NCBI GenBank assembly: GCA_043803405.1
Contig: JAZDKB010000018.1
Location: 32,001-96,000, forward strand
DNA from: Spirochaetota bacterium
GTDB lineage: Bacteria > Spirochaetota > UBA4802 > JAFGDQ01
Direction of reading: 5' to 3'
Length of the DNA stretch: 64,000 nucleotides
In this document: positions 28,718 through 38,686 of the stretch, in pieces
Numbering within the stretch: the stretch's first letter is position 1
How the letters are laid out: each line of letters starts with the position of its first letter
The notes under the pieces: generated by a model
What the model was told of the DNA's origin: nothing
The model's input: the letters and a program-made list of their open reading frames with translations, nothing else
Databases searched by the model: none
Position numbers and translations under genes: made by a program

Positions 28718-28856
28718 GATCTTTGCACACTATACGGGCATTGTGTTATAATATGTAATTATAATGTGTTGGCTCTAGCAGGCATTTATCCGTCGGATTA
28801 CCCCCTTGTAACTACGACGAGATGATAACGCAATGCCCGTATAGTGCGTAAAGATC
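28718..28856. repeat. Long-stem palindromic element
   Basis: 32-bp IR, 29/32 complementary (28718-28749 / 28825-28856). Confidence 0.85.
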
Positions 28857-29037
28857 GACCGGTATGTATCCTAAAAAGAAAGTCGAATAGAACAGCTTGA
28901 TAATTCGTTAGATATTACACATCATAAGAATAATTGTAACCGAAAGGTGGCCAAACATAATAGATTGTTTATAAATTAGCCAAATTGACTAATTCAATAA
29001 AATAATTTAAGTCAATATTCAGGAAGGAGTATAGCTT

Positions 29038-30432
29038 ATGATGCAAAATTTAAAAAAACTTTTTTCTCCAGAGTCAATTGCCGTAATAGGCGCTTCAAAT
29101 AGCTTTGATAAACTTGGTTATCATATTATGAAAAGCCTGGTCGGTCATTACACTGGTAAAATATATCCTGTAAATCCAAAAGGCGGGAAAGTGTGGGATA
29201 TTGACTCTTACGCTTCTATAGGCGCAATTCCCGGAAATGTTGATCTTGCCATTATTGTAGTGCCTGCAGCGCATGTGCCGGAGACGCTGCATCAATGCGG
29301 GAAAAAGGGAGTAAAAGGCGCTGTACTTATAACTGCGGGCTTCAGGGAAATTGAAGATTCGCAGGGAGAAGTGCTTCAGGAAGATATCCGAAAAATTTGC
29401 GAACAATATAATCTGCCTGTAATAGGCCCGAATACATTCGGATTTGCAAACATCGCCTCGGGTGTGGATGCCTCGTTTACATCCGAGTTCTGCGAACTGG
29501 AAAAAGGAGGCGTAACTCTCATAAGCCAGAGCGGCGGGATTTGCCACCTGTGCGGATTCCTTGCCATAGAACAAAGAATGGGTGTGGCTGCATTGATGAG
29601 CCTTGGGAACAGGCTGAACGTGGATTTCCCCGAAGCATTGCGCTTTTTTGCCGAGGAAGATACTGCTACAAAGGTGATCGCCCTTTACATAGAAGGCCTT
29701 GATGAACCCAGAAAGCTTCTCGATACTGCCAGGTCGCTCCGCGGGAAAAAGCCTGTGATCGCTTATAAATCCGGGAAAAGCGCAAAAAGCGACAGTGCTG
29801 CAAAGTTCCATACAGGATCGCTTGCAGGCAATCATGAAATATGGAAGGGCGCCTTTAAACAGGCCGGCATCCTTGAGGTTACATCAGCAGAAGAGCTCCT
29901 TGATACGGCAAAAGCGCTCGATTCATGCGCCCCTTCAAAGGGCACACGCATAGCAGTGCTTTCCGGTCAGGCAGGCCCCGGAATTATTGCGGCAGACGCG
30001 CTGGAAACGTACGGTTTGACTCTCTCACGTTTTTCGGCAAAAACACAGGAAAAAATAAATGAGTTCCTTCCGCCGATCGCAATACGCAGCAATCCCGTCG
30101 ATATGGGTCCTGCCTGGTATGATCCTAAAGCCATGCTCGACATCCTGAATTCAGTTATTGATGATGACGGAACAGACGGCGTTATTTTTATCAACATGTA
30201 CGCTTCGGCAAATCTTCCGCTGGCATCTCTCATGGAAGAATACATGAAGGATAATGCTGCTTTTAAAAAGCCGGTTATCAGCGTTATTACTGCTCCGCCG
30301 CTTGTATGGGACAAAGGTATAAAAGGGATGGACCGGAAAAAAGGAATGGCGATCCTGCCAACTCCTGAACGCGCTGCAAAAGCATTAAGTAATTTATGGA
30401 AAGTCAATCTATTAACAGCAAAGGGGGAATAA
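29038..30432 (+). CDS. ADP-forming acetate/acyl-CoA synthetase alpha subunit
   Basis: PESIAVIGAS, IGPNTFG, SQSGG, phospho-His motif HTGSLAG, SNPVDM. Confidence 0.92.
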   Translation: MMQNLKKLFSPESIAVIGASNSFDKLGYHIMKSLVGHYTGKIYPVNPKGGKVWDIDSYASIGAIPGNVDLAIIVVPAAHVPETLHQCGKKGVKGAVLITAGFREIEDSQGEVLQEDIRKICEQYNLPVIGPNTFGFANIASGVDASFTSEFCELEKGGVTLISQSGGICHLCGFLAIEQRMGVAALMSLGNRLNVDFPEALRFFAEEDTATKVIALYIEGLDEPRKLLDTARSLRGKKPVIAYKSGKSAKSDSAAKFHTGSLAGNHEIWKGAFKQAGILEVTSAEELLDTAKALDSCAPSKGTRIAVLSGQAGPGIIAADALETYGLTLSRFSAKTQEKINEFLPPIAIRSNPVDMGPAWYDPKAMLDILNSVIDDDGTDGVIFINMYASANLPLASLMEEYMKDNAAFKKPVISVITAPPLVWDKGIKGMDRKKGMAILPTPERAAKALSNLWKVNLLTAKGE

Positions 30433-30434
30433 GA

Positions 30435-31082
30435 ATGGAAAGATTATTGCTTGGAACAGAAGCTTTTCAATTTCTTGAGAAAGAAGGATTCCCTGTATTG
30501 AAAACAGTGCTTGCAAAGGATGAAAATGAAGCTGCGGCTAAGGCTTCTCAAATAGGCTATCCAGTTGCTCTCAAAATTTCTTCCTCGGATGTTGTGCACA
30601 AGACAGAAACCGGAGGCATAAAAGTCTCGCTTAAAAACGAGAGCGAAGTGAGAGAGGCGTTCAGGGATATTGTCCGGACTTTTACTGCAGATAATCCCAA
30701 CAAAAAAATCGATGGTGTTATGGTGCAACAACAGGGGAAAGGACTTGAACTGATAGTCGGAACAATGACAGATAAGCAATTTGGCCCGGTAATAATGTTC
30801 GGTTTAGGCGGCATCTTTGTCGAAGCGCTTAATGACGTTTCATTCAGGCTGATACCTCTGGAAAGCAGGGACGCGCGGGAAATAATGGAAGATCTCCAGG
30901 GCTATAAAATATTAAAGAATCCGAGATCCGAAAAGATCGATCTTTCATCTGTTCAGAATTTCATTCTTCAGGTGTCGCGTCTTGTGGAAAAGCATCCGGA
31001 AATCCGGGAGATGGATATGAATCCTGTATTCGCCTCATCCAAAGGCATAGAAGTTTGCGATGTGCGCATAAAAATCGGGTAG
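30435..31082 (+). CDS. ADP-forming acyl-CoA synthetase beta subunit (ATP-grasp)
   Basis: GYPVALKI, HKTETGGI, FGPVIMFGLGGIFVE, EMDMNP. Confidence 0.92.
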   Translation: MERLLLGTEAFQFLEKEGFPVLKTVLAKDENEAAAKASQIGYPVALKISSSDVVHKTETGGIKVSLKNESEVREAFRDIVRTFTADNPNKKIDGVMVQQQGKGLELIVGTMTDKQFGPVIMFGLGGIFVEALNDVSFRLIPLESRDAREIMEDLQGYKILKNPRSEKIDLSSVQNFILQVSRLVEKHPEIREMDMNPVFASSKGIEVCDVRIKIG

Positions 31083-31092
31083 TGCATAACTG

Positions 31093-31127
31093 CTTATAGT
31101 CTGAAAGTTTAGCTTTCAGACTATAAG
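31093..31127. terminator. Hairpin between convergent genes
   Basis: Perfect 15-bp stem CTTATAGTCTGAAAG / CTTTCAGACTATAAG. Confidence 0.7.
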
Positions 31128-31139
31128 AGCGAATTCAAA

Positions 31140-31787
31140 TTACTTTTTTAATGCAGCTTTTATCTTATCAACCGTGTCGGTGCTGCTAATTGAAACAAAA
31201 TTCTTAAGCAATCCTTCTTTTTCATAGAAAGATACAAGAGGCGCGGTTTTCTTATTGTATGTTTCCAGCCTGAAGCTGATCGCTTCTTCAGTTTCATCGT
31301 CTCTCTGAACAACAGGGCTTCCGCATTTGAGGCATTTCCCGTCTGCCGATGCCGGTTTTGTTTTAATATTATATATTTCCTGGCAGTCTGGATTTGAACA
31401 TGTACGCCTTGTCGTTAAACGGTCAAGTATTACATCTTTCGGGACTTCAAGATTAACTACCATGTCCATTTTTATCGAAAGCTTTTTAAGCAGGCCTTTT
31501 AATGACTCTGCCTGCGGAATCGTTCTAGGAAAACCGTCCAGGATAAATCCTTTTGCGCAATCAGGTTCTTGTAAGCGCGATTCCATAATCTTCATTATGA
31601 GCGCATCCGGCACAAGGTCGCCCTTGTCCATGTACGATTTAGCTTCCTTTCCGAGGTCGCTTTTTGCTCTTACAGCGGCACGGAGAATATCACCTGTAGA
31701 AATCTGCACAGAACCGTCATATTCTGTTAACAATTTGGCAACAGTGCCTTTTCCTGCTCCAGGTGCGCCTAATAGTATAATTTTCAT
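31140..31787 (-). CDS. adk: Adenylate kinase
   Basis: GAPGAGKGT, ISTGDILR, LDGFPRT, Cys-containing lid, QRDDE. Confidence 0.97.
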   Translation of the reverse strand: MKIILLGAPGAGKGTVAKLLTEYDGSVQISTGDILRAAVRAKSDLGKEAKSYMDKGDLVPDALIMKIMESRLQEPDCAKGFILDGFPRTIPQAESLKGLLKKLSIKMDMVVNLEVPKDVILDRLTTRRTCSNPDCQEIYNIKTKPASADGKCLKCGSPVVQRDDETEEAISFRLETYNKKTAPLVSFYEKEGLLKNFVSISSTDTVDKIKAALKK

Positions 31788-31991
31788 GAATACCTCCAAA
31801 TAGAAACATTAATTTATAATGCTGTTTATTATGCTTTTCCAAATTTCTGGAAAGAATTGATTATTTGATTAAATCATTTAGCTTATGATTTATTAATATT
31901 TAATATAGTCAACTTAAAAAATTACTGCTTGATTTATGCTTCGTATAATAATAAATTTTATAAAATTTATAAATTCGCTTTGTATTTGACT

Positions 31992-32741
31992 ATGTATACT
32001 CCGGAAAAAAAAATCAATAGATTGTTATGGATATTGTACCAGCCATATAAATGGCTTTTCCTGGCGCCTGTTGTCTGCCTGCTGACTCTGATAACAGGGA
32101 GCCTTGCGGCAATCCTGGTTTTCATAGTCAATCCAAGGACTGCATCTATGCTGACAGGTGTGCAATGGGCAAGAATTATAGCATTTATTACTCCCATGTT
32201 TGTCAGAGTAACAGGCAGGGAAAATATAGACCCTGAGCAGTCTTACGTTATTGTTTCCAATCATCAGAGTCAGTACGATATTCTTTTACTTTACGGCAGG
32301 CTTAACATTGATTTCCGATGGGTAATGAAACAAGAACTTAGAAAAATCCCCGGGCTTGGGATAGCATGTGAAAGGCTTGGGCATATTTTTATTGACAGGT
32401 CGAATTCAATGTCAGCTGTAGCCTCATTGAAAGCAGCAAAGAAAAAAATTGTTAGCGGCACTTCTGTTATGTTTTTCCCTGAGGGTACCAGAAGCAAAGA
32501 CGGAAACATCGGAGTTTTTAAAAAAGGAGCTTTCAAAATGGCGCTCGATCTGGGAGTGCCTGTTCTGCCTGTTACGATAATCGGAACAAGAAACATTTTA
32601 CCAACCCACTCGCTCGATGTTTTCCCCGGAAAAGTAAAAATGATTATTCATAAACCGGTTGATGTTTCAGAATACAGCAATGATATACAGGCGTTGATAG
32701 AACAGGTCAGAAAGATTATTATTTCCAGTACAATAAAATAG
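31992..32741 (+). CDS. 1-acyl-sn-glycerol-3-phosphate acyltransferase family protein
   Basis: NHQSQYD, FIDR, FPEGTRS. Confidence 0.92.
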   Translation: MYTPEKKINRLLWILYQPYKWLFLAPVVCLLTLITGSLAAILVFIVNPRTASMLTGVQWARIIAFITPMFVRVTGRENIDPEQSYVIVSNHQSQYDILLLYGRLNIDFRWVMKQELRKIPGLGIACERLGHIFIDRSNSMSAVASLKAAKKKIVSGTSVMFFPEGTRSKDGNIGVFKKGAFKMALDLGVPVLPVTIIGTRNILPTHSLDVFPGKVKMIIHKPVDVSEYSNDIQALIEQVRKIIISSTIK

Positions 32742-32815
32742 GATGCATTTCCTTATTTGCTGGATTTTTATAGAATTGTAAGATAATATTTACTTAAAAA
32801 TCGCAGGAGGAAAGT

Positions 32816-33532
32816 ATGCCGCTATCCCGATTAATTAAATATTTAGTATTTACTGCTTTTTTAACTGCGTATTTTTGTTTCAATGCAGAAGCGAAATCCG
32901 AAGTCGGCAAAATTATACAGGTAATCGGAGATGTGGATCTAACGGACATAAATTCCGGAATAAGGATTGTTCCGGGAGTAGGTTCTCAAATCAAGGAATA
33001 TCATAAAATCCGGACAGGAGCAAAAGCTTATATCGAAATTTTGCTGAATGATAACAGTAAAATATTCATGAGGGAACTTTCCATAATACAAATCGGCAGT
33101 TTAAGAATGAAAGCGCAGGAATCGCCGACATCTATCAGTTTAAGCACAGGAAAAATAAGAATAAAAATTGATAAATCATTCAGCAACTGGAACCTGATAA
33201 TTAAAACCAATGTTGCAATCATAGGAGTAAAAGACATTGAAACCGATCTTGGTATTATAACTACCGATATTGAAACAAAAGCTGTTGTTTTTGAAGGCGA
33301 AGCCAGTGCGGCAAATTCAAACAGGGTTATAATAAAATCATTTATTGTAAAAAAGAAAGAAGAAATAAGCATTAAACAGAACAGATCTCCTTCGGAACCG
33401 GTAGTATTGCCTCAGGAAATACTGGATTCGTGGCTGGATTATTATGAGGTCGTCGATAAAAACAAAATAGAAATCAAAGGCAAGCAGGATACGGGAATTT
33501 TCGATTATATTCTGAGGAAGAGAAAATTTTGA
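32816..33532 (+). CDS. Exported FecR-domain protein
   Basis: Signal peptide; VGKIIQVIGDV, KIRTGAKAYIEILLNDNS, IKTNVAIIGVK. Confidence 0.75.
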   Translation: MPLSRLIKYLVFTAFLTAYFCFNAEAKSEVGKIIQVIGDVDLTDINSGIRIVPGVGSQIKEYHKIRTGAKAYIEILLNDNSKIFMRELSIIQIGSLRMKAQESPTSISLSTGKIRIKIDKSFSNWNLIIKTNVAIIGVKDIETDLGIITTDIETKAVVFEGEASAANSNRVIIKSFIVKKKEEISIKQNRSPSEPVVLPQEILDSWLDYYEVVDKNKIEIKGKQDTGIFDYILRKRKF

Positions 33533-34329
33533 TTAAAGCCGAACTTTTTCCCCGGATTTTGCCGCTAATGATGTGTGTTTTTGCTTTCCATGTTTTCGGA
33601 TGTTCAAGCGTGTATCTTACCGGTGAGGAAGAGCGCAAAGTAACGGACATTCTATCAGAATCCTATAAAAACGAAAACTGGCAGACCAGAAAAGAAGTAA
33701 TCACAAATATCTGTCCGTATAAATCACCCAAGGCGGAAAATCTATTAATTACAGCCCTTAGCGATATTCACCCTGCCGTAAGAATTGAAGCATTAAACTG
33801 TCTTCAAACAAAAAAATCGTCCAAAGCTAAAAAAACCATAAGAGAAATAGCAGAATCGGATAGTGATTATAACGTCAGAATGTCCGCAATTTTGTCACTT
33901 TCGAAATACAGGGATCCGGCAACTGCTCCGGTCTTTGTGCGGGGTCTCAGGAGCGATGACTGGTTAATAAGAGAAGAATCGATAAAGGGATTACTGATGA
34001 TAGATGATATGCTGATTAAACAAATCTCGGTTCCTTATATTATCCAGGCTCTGAATGACAGCCGGATAAATGTAAGGCTTGCCACACTGGAAAATGTAAA
34101 AATCAAGGATAAGAGGATTTATTCGGAAATATCGGCAATAATTAATAATGAAGAAAATTATTATAAGGTCAATCTGTTAAACGCGTCTTTAAAGGCAATA
34201 AACGGCTACCTGCTGGATAAAACAATCCGCGAAAAGCTAATCGGCTTCCTGACTCATCCTTATATGGAAATCAGAATTTCCGCACTCGGAGTTTTAAAAA
34301 AAGATAAAGAGTTGCAGGAAGCGGATTAA
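33529..34329 (+). CDS. HEAT-repeat (lipo)protein
   Basis: FGC lipobox-like; repeated LxDxxxxVRxxAxxxL. Confidence 0.8.
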   Translation: MIKAELFPRILPLMMCVFAFHVFGCSSVYLTGEEERKVTDILSESYKNENWQTRKEVITNICPYKSPKAENLLITALSDIHPAVRIEALNCLQTKKSSKAKKTIREIAESDSDYNVRMSAILSLSKYRDPATAPVFVRGLRSDDWLIREESIKGLLMIDDMLIKQISVPYIIQALNDSRINVRLATLENVKIKDKRIYSEISAIINNEENYYKVNLLNASLKAINGYLLDKTIREKLIGFLTHPYMEIRISALGVLKKDKELQEAD

Positions 34330-34341
34330 CCTGAAATATGA

Positions 34342-34998
34342 CTACATTTTCTTTTCTTTTGAGATATATACCTGGTTTTTATTATCTACCACATCTTTCT
34401 TGAATTCTTCCGGAAGGGGCACCTCAAGGACTTTATAAACCATAAAGCAGCTATCCTTCGCTCTCCTGAAAAAGCTTATCGCTTCAACATATTTTGATCT
34501 GTCAAGATAATCGTTTGCCATCTGAACTCCGCCTCCGGCTGAGGATAAAACAACTTCTGCCTGAGGACTTACACGTTCTCCTTTTATGGACATTTTAACT
34601 TTATATTTAACGTGCATTTTTATTATATTATTATGGAGTTTGTCAGTATCATTCTTGTAAACCTTAGCGATTCTCTGTGCAATATCATCAATATCTTTTT
34701 TATTTTTTGTAAATAAGTTCGCAGATTCGACAATTTTGTTTTGAAAATAAAGCGCACTTGCTTCTGCATAAGTGTCTACGACCCTGTCGAATTCTTCCTT
34801 ACCGCCGCCGTAATTTAAAATGGCGCTGTGCAGCAGTTTAATTCTTTTGAAATTATCATAACTTAGCTGTTTTACGACATCATCCGGTATATAAAGCGTA
34901 TTAAATTCTTTTTTTGCAGTTTCAAATTGAGCGTTTACTGAAGATATAGAAAATAATACAATAATAAATACAATATAATATCTTATTCCTTTTGTCAT
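34342..34998 (-). CDS. Exported helical hypothetical protein
   Basis: 218-aa ORF, signal peptide, RBS AGGAG. Confidence 0.75.
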   Translation of the reverse strand: MTKGIRYYIVFIIVLFSISSVNAQFETAKKEFNTLYIPDDVVKQLSYDNFKRIKLLHSAILNYGGGKEEFDRVVDTYAEASALYFQNKIVESANLFTKNKKDIDDIAQRIAKVYKNDTDKLHNNIIKMHVKYKVKMSIKGERVSPQAEVVLSSAGGGVQMANDYLDRSKYVEAISFFRRAKDSCFMVYKVLEVPLPEEFKKDVVDNKNQVYISKEKKM

Positions 34999-35290
34999 TT
35001 CTCAACTCCTGTAAATGTAATGATATCTGTATATATTTATCGGAACATTTGTGTATATTATGCTGCAAAATATTTCCAAGTCAAGTAAAATTGTTATTCC
35101 GCGCATTATTTCGTGAACAGCGATCGAAATTCCGGTTCATGGATTTATTATTAATATATTTTTAATAAAAGCTTTTATTGATTAGTTAAATATATTTATT
35201 GTCAAACCATATGTTTATTATTTTAATGGATGATAATGGCTGAGTAACTCAGTAATCGTCTTTTTTGCAAAAAAATCGGAGTGTGCTATC

Positions 35291-36400
35291 ATGATCCCCA
35301 ATGTTGCTTTAATCAGGAGTGAAAAGGCAGGATATAATTATTCTGAAAGGATATGCGGCCTTTATCCTCTTGAAAGAAATATCATTTTATTAATAAAAGC
35401 AGGTGTAAAAAAAATATTTCTCGATCTTTCAAAAGAAGAAAGGTCTTTTTACCAGGCAAATGTATCCCGCTATGTGGAAAAATTTCAGGATACAAAGATC
35501 GCTTTCAGCTCCAAGGCAGGTATCGGATCACAATACTTCCTTATCCCTTCAAATATTTTTTCGCAGGCTCATTATTATAATGAATCGTCCGGATATTTTA
35601 AGCAAAAGGGCAAAGTCTTTACACCTGTTATGGGAGATGATCAGTTTTTACTTTCTGAAAATTCACAATATAAAAAAGCCGCTAATTTACTTAAAACTTA
35701 TATTATTAAAAATACCGGCGGTTTTATTGCACAAAAGATAAATAAAAGGATCTCGATGCCCATAAGCATGGAGCTGGTGAAAACTCGAATTCATCCTAAT
35801 TATTTGACAATATTAAACATGATAATCGGTCTTTTAAGCAGCTTTTTTCTGCTGTTTAATTCATACTGGCTTACGGTTCTGGGGGGATTTTTGTTCCAGA
35901 CTGCATCAGTAATGGATGGTGTGGACGGCGAGGTCGCTAAGCTAACTTTAAAAGTATCAAAAATCGGGAGCTGGCTGGACACAATAAGCGATAATTCCAC
36001 ACTTATACTTTTTATTGTTGTTTTGTCTTATCTTTATTATATTAATTCTTCCGGATTTTTACCTGTGATTTTAATAATAATGGTGCTGGCCGGCATAGCG
36101 GTCATGATTGCCATGATGTTCAGGTATTTAAAACGATACAGCAAGTCCGGGTCACTTGTGGCTTATGATAGGGAATTTCTGCAGAAACTCCCGCAAAACG
36201 ATCCGTTTGTGTTTATAACTCAGAAGCTAAAGTATATAACAAAGAAAGAGTTTTTTTCAATCGCATTTTTTGCGATTTGTCTTACAGGCAGGGCTTATTT
36301 TTTTATTCCTGTAATTGCGGTTGTAATTTCAGTGGCTGCTGTTATACTTGCTGTAATTGATTTAAAATATTTAAAATCATTCGGAAACAAAGCCTCATGA
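35291..36400 (+). CDS. CDP-alcohol phosphatidyltransferase family protein with degenerate N-terminal domain
   Basis: HPNYLT; DGVDGEVAK...GSWLDTISD. Confidence 0.9.
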   Translation: MIPNVALIRSEKAGYNYSERICGLYPLERNIILLIKAGVKKIFLDLSKEERSFYQANVSRYVEKFQDTKIAFSSKAGIGSQYFLIPSNIFSQAHYYNESSGYFKQKGKVFTPVMGDDQFLLSENSQYKKAANLLKTYIIKNTGGFIAQKINKRISMPISMELVKTRIHPNYLTILNMIIGLLSSFFLLFNSYWLTVLGGFLFQTASVMDGVDGEVAKLTLKVSKIGSWLDTISDNSTLILFIVVLSYLYYINSSGFLPVILIIMVLAGIAVMIAMMFRYLKRYSKSGSLVAYDREFLQKLPQNDPFVFITQKLKYITKKEFFSIAFFAICLTGRAYFFIPVIAVVISVAAVILAVIDLKYLKSFGNKAS

Positions 36401-36520
36401 GCAACTGCTGTTTTATGTATGCTCTAAATCAGAACAACAGGAATTATAAAAAAAACATATTTCCTAAAAAAGACTTTACATACTGATTATTCTAAATTGC
36501 ATTTATCTCGCTAATTATAT

Positions 36521-36608
36521 GGAGAGATGCCAGAGTGGTCGAATGGGACGGTCTCGAAAATCGTTGAGGGGAATTTCTCCTCCGAGGGTTCGAATCCCTC
36601 TCTCTCCG
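36521..36608 (+). tRNA. tRNA-Ser (anticodon CGA)
   Basis: GGAGAGA / TCTCTCC acceptor stem, anticodon loop CT-CGA-AA, long variable arm, GGTTCGAATCC; CCA not encoded. Confidence 0.96.
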
Positions 36609-36675
36609 GATTATCTGTACTTGATTTGTTGGTTGACAAATTGCATTATTTTTGCTCAATAAGCTTTATGTTAAC

Positions 36676-36760
36676 GGAGAGGTGTCTGAGAGGCCGAAGG
36701 AGCACGGTTGGAAACCGTGTGTAGCGAAAGCTACCGAGGGTTCGAATCCCTCCCTCTCCG
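36676..36760 (+). tRNA. tRNA-Ser (anticodon GGA)
   Basis: GGAGAGG / CCTCTCC acceptor stem, CACGG-TT-GGA-AA-CCGTG, variable arm GTAGC-GAAA-GCTAC, GGTTCGAATCC. Confidence 0.96.
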
Positions 36761-36777
36761 AATTTACTGAAAATATT

Positions 36778-36847
36778 AATTTGCCACAGCGACACAGAGA
36801 CACAGAGAGCAGTAAAATTCTGTATCCCGGCGCCTCTGTGGCAAATT
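36778..36847. repeat. Palindromic repeat with ACACAGAG units
   Basis: AATTTGCCACAG / CTGTGGCAAATT stem enclosing GACACAGAGACACAGAG. Confidence 0.7.
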
Positions 36848-36879
36848 TTTTATATACCTGAATATCAGGACAATATTAA

Positions 36880-38133
36880 ATGGCGTACCAGGTAATTGCA
36901 AGAAAATGGCGTCCGCAAAAATTTGAGGATGTTGTTTACCAGGATCATATTTCAAAAACGATCAGGAACAGCATTAAAATGAAGCGGATTTCCCACGCTT
37001 ATCTTTTTTCAGGACCCAGGGGCGTGGGCAAAACTACCATGGCCAGAATACTGGCCAAGGCCTTAAACTGCCTTTCGGGCGAGGGCCCTACTGACACCCC
37101 GTGCGATGCGTGCGAGAACTGCGTCGAGATCAGGGAAGGATATTCTTTTGACGTAATAGAGATCGACGGTGCGTCCAATCGCGGCATAGACAACATAAGA
37201 GAACTGCGCGAGAACGTTAATCTTGCTCCTGTAAAAGCGCGCTATAAAGTCTATATAATAGACGAAGTCCACATGCTTACAAAAGAGGCCTTTAACGCGC
37301 TTTTAAAGACTCTCGAAGAACCGCCGCAACATGTTGTGTTTATCTTCGCGACAACCGAGGTTCACCGCATTCCGGAAACAATATTATCCAGGTGCCAGAA
37401 ATATCTTTTTAAAAAAATACCGGTCGAAGCAATAGCAAATCATCTTGAAAAAATTGTTCATGAAGAAGGATACAAAATAGACAAAGGCGCTATTTACCCG
37501 ATCGCAAGAGCAGGCGAGGGTTCCATGCGAGATTCGCAGTCGCTGCTCGACCAGGTTATCTCATTTTCGGACGGCCATATAAGCGAACAGGACGCGCTGT
37601 CCATACTTGGTATTGTAACTCTTGAGAGCTTTTTAAGCCTGTTGAACTTTATTAATAACAATGAACCTGTAAAACTAATTGAAGAAGTGGACAGGATTGT
37701 AACACTTGGAGTGGATATCCCCAGGTATACAGCCGGTTTTATCGATATTATACGGACAGTAAGGCTCGTTAATAATGGAATTATTTTAGCTGAGATTCTG
37801 GGTTTTTCAGATGAAGAAATTCTTCAGTTGAAAAATACGGGAAAAAATTATAAAGATGAAGAGCTTGGCATTATTTATAAAATCGCTCTTGACCTTCAGG
37901 CTAATCTTAAGTATTCAACCAATGAAAGAATAAATCTTGAGATGGCGCTCCTGGATATGGCTAATGCAAAGAAAAGCCCTTCAATCGCGTCTATAATAAA
38001 AAAAATTTCCGAAGCAGGTGCCGGCGGCAGACAGGAAAATGCAGCAGCGGCAAAGCCGGCAAAAAAAGTTAACAGCGAAGACTTAGCCATTGACAATATT
38101 AAAAGTATGTTTCATGGCGAAATTATAGAATAA
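36880..38133 (+). CDS. dnaX: DNA polymerase III subunit gamma/tau
   Basis: ARKWRPQKF, GPRGVGKTT, EIDGASNRG, IDEVHML, TILSRC. Confidence 0.97.
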   Translation: MAYQVIARKWRPQKFEDVVYQDHISKTIRNSIKMKRISHAYLFSGPRGVGKTTMARILAKALNCLSGEGPTDTPCDACENCVEIREGYSFDVIEIDGASNRGIDNIRELRENVNLAPVKARYKVYIIDEVHMLTKEAFNALLKTLEEPPQHVVFIFATTEVHRIPETILSRCQKYLFKKIPVEAIANHLEKIVHEEGYKIDKGAIYPIARAGEGSMRDSQSLLDQVISFSDGHISEQDALSILGIVTLESFLSLLNFINNNEPVKLIEEVDRIVTLGVDIPRYTAGFIDIIRTVRLVNNGIILAEILGFSDEEILQLKNTGKNYKDEELGIIYKIALDLQANLKYSTNERINLEMALLDMANAKKSPSIASIIKKISEAGAGGRQENAAAAKPAKKVNSEDLAIDNIKSMFHGEIIE

Positions 38134-38157
38134 AATTTAATATTATGGAGAAAAGAA

Positions 38158-38472
38158 ATGTTGAAAGATCTTGGCAATATGCTTAAACTTCAAAAAGACC
38201 TTAAAGCTGTACAGAAGGCGTTAAAAAAGGCAGAAGCAAAAGCAGAAAGCAACGACGGTTTAATAAGCGCTGTTGTGAACGGCGAATTTAACCTGGTAAA
38301 TATCAGTATTGATGAGCAATTGCTTGAAAAAGGCAACAAACATAAACTTGAGAAGGAAATTGTTTCAACAATTAATAAGGCTGTAGCATCCAGCAAGGAA
38401 TATGCAGCCAAGGAAATGAGCAAGCTTACAGGCGGGATGAATATTCCCGGGCTTGACAAATTTATGAAATAA
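38158..38472 (+). CDS. ybaB: YbaB/EbfC nucleoid-associated protein
   Basis: dnaX-ybaB-recR synteny; GLISAVVNG, LTGGMNIPG. Confidence 0.9.
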   Translation: MLKDLGNMLKLQKDLKAVQKALKKAEAKAESNDGLISAVVNGEFNLVNISIDEQLLEKGNKHKLEKEIVSTINKAVASSKEYAAKEMSKLTGGMNIPGLDKFMK

Positions 38473-38517
38473 CCGGAACTCATCCTGAAAATTTGATTTT
38501 ATATAAATAACACAATT

Positions 38518-38645
38518 TACATAGAAATACATTACAAAATTTTTTGCGGAATCAGGCCTTCAATGTATGTCTTTCAATTTCTTTAAAGGTTATTGCTTCA
38601 GGCCTGAAAGGCGTCCTCAAAAATTTTGTAATGTATTTCTATGTA
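38518..38645. repeat. Long-stem palindromic element, family P copy 3
   Basis: Perfect 27-bp IR (38518-38544 / 38619-38645) around the same core as 18804-18928. Confidence 0.9.
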
Positions 38646-38686
38646 TCAAATATAAATCTTAATTTTGAGATGACTTATTAAATACT

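Noticed and set aside
36527..36861. Two short ORFs (36527-36724, 36652-36861)
   Set aside because: They overlap the two tRNA-Ser genes
36521..36880. Island integrated at tRNA-Ser
   Set aside because: Followed directly by dnaX; no duplicated tRNA 3' end or integrase
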